Assembly: GCA_032718475.1 (NCBI GenBank)
Contig: JAUCBJ010007050.1
Location: 16,011-80,010 of the forward strand
Length of the DNA stretch: 64,000 nt
DNA from: Nemertoderma westbladi
Lineage: Eukaryota > Animalia > Xenacoelomorpha
Direction: 5' to 3'
A program made the translations under genes and the position numbers. The notes under the pieces were generated by a model. That model did not search any database. It was not told where the DNA came from and saw only the letters and a list, made by a program, of their open reading frames with translations. This document shows positions 60,701-64,000 of this stretch, in pieces. The number at the start of each line of letters is the position of its first letter. Positions within the stretch are counted from its first letter, which is position 1.

Positions 60701-62129
60701 TAAGACAGTTCTGGATCAAAGTCTACCAGGAGTGATTCTGCGTTTAGATGACTTTCAAAGTTAACAGTGTTACGCTTTATTTTGCGAAATGAGTTTTTTG
60801 CAGCGTGAAGAAACATGTTCTGGAACATTATTGTTTTCGATGTGGTTGTGATAGAGTTGTCTAATAGATGACTGGCTATTAGATCGGGTAAGTTCTCCTT
60901 GAGTATAACAGCCATTTTATTGTTATCAATTTGAGAGGAGACCAATTTCATACGTTGGCTATGATTATTTTGCTCTTTAAGAATGTCCCTCATACTGGAT
61001 ACTGATGCCTTAAGGATTGCATTTTGAGACGACATTTCTGAGATTATAGACAGAGGGTGATGATCTGACACAGGTGGGTAGTCCACGGGGAAAACTAGGT
61101 GAGTATCCTTGAAGTCACAGAAGCGGTTAATAAGACACCAGTCGATCTGACTGCGGGACTCCCCCCTACTGAAAGTGAAGCCGCCATGGTTATTATTTAG
61201 GTGGTTTATAGGAGTTAGTTGACAGCGGGAGATTAGGTTTTTTAAGTCCCTGCCATTTTGGTTTACAGAAGCATCAGGATTCTTTGAATACATTTTCTTT
61301 CCAGAACCATCATAGCGACTCAGTTCCCCAATCCTAGAGTTCAAATCGCCAACAATTATAGTCGGTTTTCTGTGATTATCAGTTTCAGTAATCAGGGTAT
61401 CTAATGAAGGAAAGTAATGCTCATTAAAATACGGCGATGTGTTGGGAGGTATAATAATATCCCTAATCGAGCTTCGAATAGCTAGAAAGCACCCACCTCG
61501 TGGGAAGTCCGCATTGCAGCGTATTGCGCTTAGCAGCCCTCTCCACTTTATTCAGTAGAAGCTGTGCATCTGCTAGCGTATTAGAGAGCAGGGCGATGTC
61601 ATCCGCGAAGTCAGTGTCTGTGACTGTAGTTGCTGGATATCTACTACTTTTGTGTTCTTGAAGTGTGAATCCCAGATCTTCACCCTTTGTGGCCGTCCTC
61701 ATTGTGTAATCCAGCACAATTACAAATAGTAATGGTGCTAATGTGTCACCTTGCAGTACGCCAGCCAGGATTGAGAAAAACTCAGTTTCAACATCTGGTG
61801 AGAGTACCTGTGCTTCTGTGTCACAATATAACAATCCAATGCCAGCAACAATTACTTCTGGTATTCCATAAGCTCTTAGGATTTCAAGCATTTTACCTCT
61901 ATGGATGGAGTCGAATGCCTTCTTGAAGTCCACAAAAGTCATGACTGCGGGGAGATTCTTTGACTTAAATTCCTTCAATCAGTCTCCGTAGTGCAAGTAT
62001 CTGACCTATTGTTGATCTAATTGGTCGAAATCCGTTTTGGCTCTTACGCAGTAGTTTCTCTATGTGAGGCCTAATCCTATACAGAATCATTTTTAACTTA
62101 ATATATTAACATTCTAACATTCTTAACAT
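57742..62129 (-). mobile_element. 5'-truncated RTE-clade LINE (second family) split by a nested LINE
   Basis: FVDFKKAFDS, GVLQGDTLAP, FADD, VERAAK (61530-62090) resumes as EVGLHINATKTK (<58403); (TAG)n tail; candidate TSD AATTAACTAAA at 57731-57741 and 62130-62140. Confidence 0.85.
58404..61528 (-). mobile_element. Nested 5'-truncated APE-RT LINE (clade uncertain; Proto2/RTEX/L2-like), frameshifted
   Basis: APE motifs IVGDLNSR, SQIDWCL, SDHHP; RT motifs QSAYQKG, DFTAAFD, GIRQGG, LLHADD; CTTA repeated at both junctions; ataaa(taca)2 3' end. Confidence 0.88.
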
Positions 62130-62279
62130 AATTAACTAAAAATATGGAATTAATTTGCGGAACCAGCAGACACGTCAGTGTTATTGAATAATTTAATTCC
62201 GAAGCCACTCATTGTATCGCCCCGCGTATTAAAGATAATACTTTCCTTGGTCCTCGTCACAGAATAATGTCGGTATTAA

Positions 62280-62705
62280 GGCCCGTTCACATCCAACGGA
62301 ACGATACACGCGGTGTCCACAGGGCCAGCGGTACACCACTGACTATAAGTTGAACGACCCAACAGGTAGTTGTGGCATTTGAACAATGTTAAAACAATTA
62401 ATGTAATTTCCTGTTGAATTCGCAGTTGACTACTACTACTACTACTAGGATCGGCATGCTGCATTGCAGCTGCATTTTTAAGAATGCTGTGCCGGCTTGT
62501 CAACAAAATTGCACCGCCACAACTCCCTATCACCCATGACATTTGCTAGATCATCCGCATCTCGCAGTTGACAGAAAGACAATCAGTTACCACAACGGTA
62601 CCGTTGGGTGTGAACGGGCTCCGGGTAGTGAACCGCTGGCTTACCACTTCAATACCACAGACTACTTTACCGCTCACGCACCGTTGCGTTGGATGTGAAT
62701 GGTGT
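62280..62705. mobile_element. PIF/Harbinger-like MITE
   Basis: Imperfect TIR ggcccgttcacatccaacg / cgttggatgtgaatggtgt; TAA on the left flank. Confidence 0.6.
62431..62561 (-). mobile_element. 131-bp 3' fragment of the same RTE as 31487-33636
   Basis: Near-identical to 31487-31612; TSD TCGCAGTTGAC at 62420-62430 and 62562-62572. Confidence 0.93.
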
Positions 62706-62801
62706 TTTTAAATAAATTTGAGTTGAGCTGTTAAAGCTGTTATATATGCAACTTAAGACTGCCTGTTCGATAGAAGTGGATTAGGTGGGAGAGCAAAGTC
62801 A

Positions 62802-62885
62802 GGGGCAAGTGGCTGAACTGGTTAGCGCTACAACTGATGAGGCTGATAGGCCGAAACGTATGTATAGCGCTAGTTCAACCCCCGG
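62802..62885 (+). ncRNA. Pol III/tRNA-like element containing a type I hammerhead ribozyme core
   Basis: A-box-like TGGCTGAACTGG, CTGATGA-GGCT(GATA)GGCC-GAAAC-GTAT-GTA, TAGCGCTA stem, B-box-like GTTCAACCC. Confidence 0.65.
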
Positions 62886-64000
62886 TGATGGGCTTTCTCA
62901 TTTCTGAACAACTACCGTTATATTACATCATTACGATATCATTACACAATGAGTTATTCATTAGCCATTGTTGTTTACCAATACATCATCTGGCATCTTG
63001 AAAATATATTGACAGCACGAAATTCCGCGCATACAATACATATGTACACTTATGAACGGCCGCAGTACAGCTGTCATAAAAAACATATTTTCAATTCGCG
63101 GATGTTGTTGGATGTATCTGTTCCGTGGTGGGCTGTAACCATTCCGTGCTGGGTTTGCCACATAGCGACTCGCTTTGAACAACTCGGCTTTTTTATGACG
63201 ATCAATTGTTGAATTAGTCTGGGACCAGTGTAGGTGTCCGAACATGACAGAGTGCGCAATACATGCACGGCACGCCAATTGTATCATCTATCAAGCCGTT
63301 GGCTTTCTTTTTAAATCACGAAAAACAACAGTATTCGGAGTGAGAATGCGGATTAGCGATCCTACTGTACCAATTGGATAAGGGAGACGACTGTCCGTCG
63401 GCTAAAGTGGGCTGGGAGTAACAAGGGGGAGGGTGAAACAGGAAAATACCAATAAATATTAACAAGTAGGTGAATAACAAATGATAAACTAACCTGAAAC
63501 ACATTCTTTACAAGACAATCTACAGTTCTTAAGCATGTATAATGGATTGGCCGTACATTGACCTTGGGCTGCCCAAAAGGAGCAATCTGGATTTGTATCT
63601 TCACAAATTTCTGTAAATGAATTAAATACCGTAATATACGTAATTACCGTAACGGAATTACCGTAATAAATGTTTGTACAGTATATGTTTATTAGGTTTG
63701 GTGAGCAAAAACAATTGTTGGGCTAGCAGGGACTGGAATCGAATCGAATGAAAAGCAATTTTTCGTCTTCGATTTCCCATATATTTTTCGAATTGTTATT
63801 GATTCGATTCAGGTACAAATTTCGACTTTCGATTTCGATTATTCGATCTTTGCATATTAACTTAATTATTTCTCATTGAATATACGTTATAAATTTTATT
63901 CTTAAATTATTGTTACTTTTTTCGCTCGAATATACCACAAAATCGGTTTTTTCCTATATAATAAATAATTATTTTTAAATTTTACTGATGGCCAAATTAT

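Noticed and set aside
62802-62885. Genuine tRNA gene
   Set aside because: No acceptor stem or canonical anticodon arm; only A/B-box-like motifs.
62949-63604. Short ORFs near the window end
   Set aside because: No recognisable motifs or splice structure to support a gene.

Overview
Eukaryotic (probably invertebrate) repeat-dense DNA. I recognise no host gene and no prokaryotic features; the window is almost entirely nested transposable elements and satellites. Main contents: (1) a degenerate, divergent Helitron-like element (- strand, ~3355-9779) with an OTU / Cys-rich / HUH-Rep / PIF1 / GIY-YIG architecture and a 136-bp satellite downstream, plus a second, distant fragment of the same lineage at 31.2-34.0 kb; (2) a very young Mag-like Ty3/Gypsy element (14443-19550, apparently identical 209-bp LTRs, AGTAT TSD) inserted next to a LINE ORF1; (3) pogo-like and Sola-like transposase remnants and nested non-autonomous TIR elements with clear TSDs; (4) three tandem BEL/Pao Gag-protease ORFs lacking RT. 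Two of these belong to one diverged family (37.8-47.3 and 47.3-56.5 kb) that shares the same pol deletion, a conserved array of covarying RNA hairpins, a variable slot holding a zinc-knuckle accessory ORF, and a ~1.2-kb LTR; (5) nested RTE and other LINEs; (6) a tRNA/Pol III-like element with a hammerhead ribozyme core between its A and B boxes (62802-62885). The best candidates for undescribed biology are the Gag-only BEL/Pao family with its structured-RNA array and accessory ORF, the Pol III-hammerhead element and the GIY-YIG Helitron. All alignments, folds and coordinates were worked out by eye and need computational confirmation.
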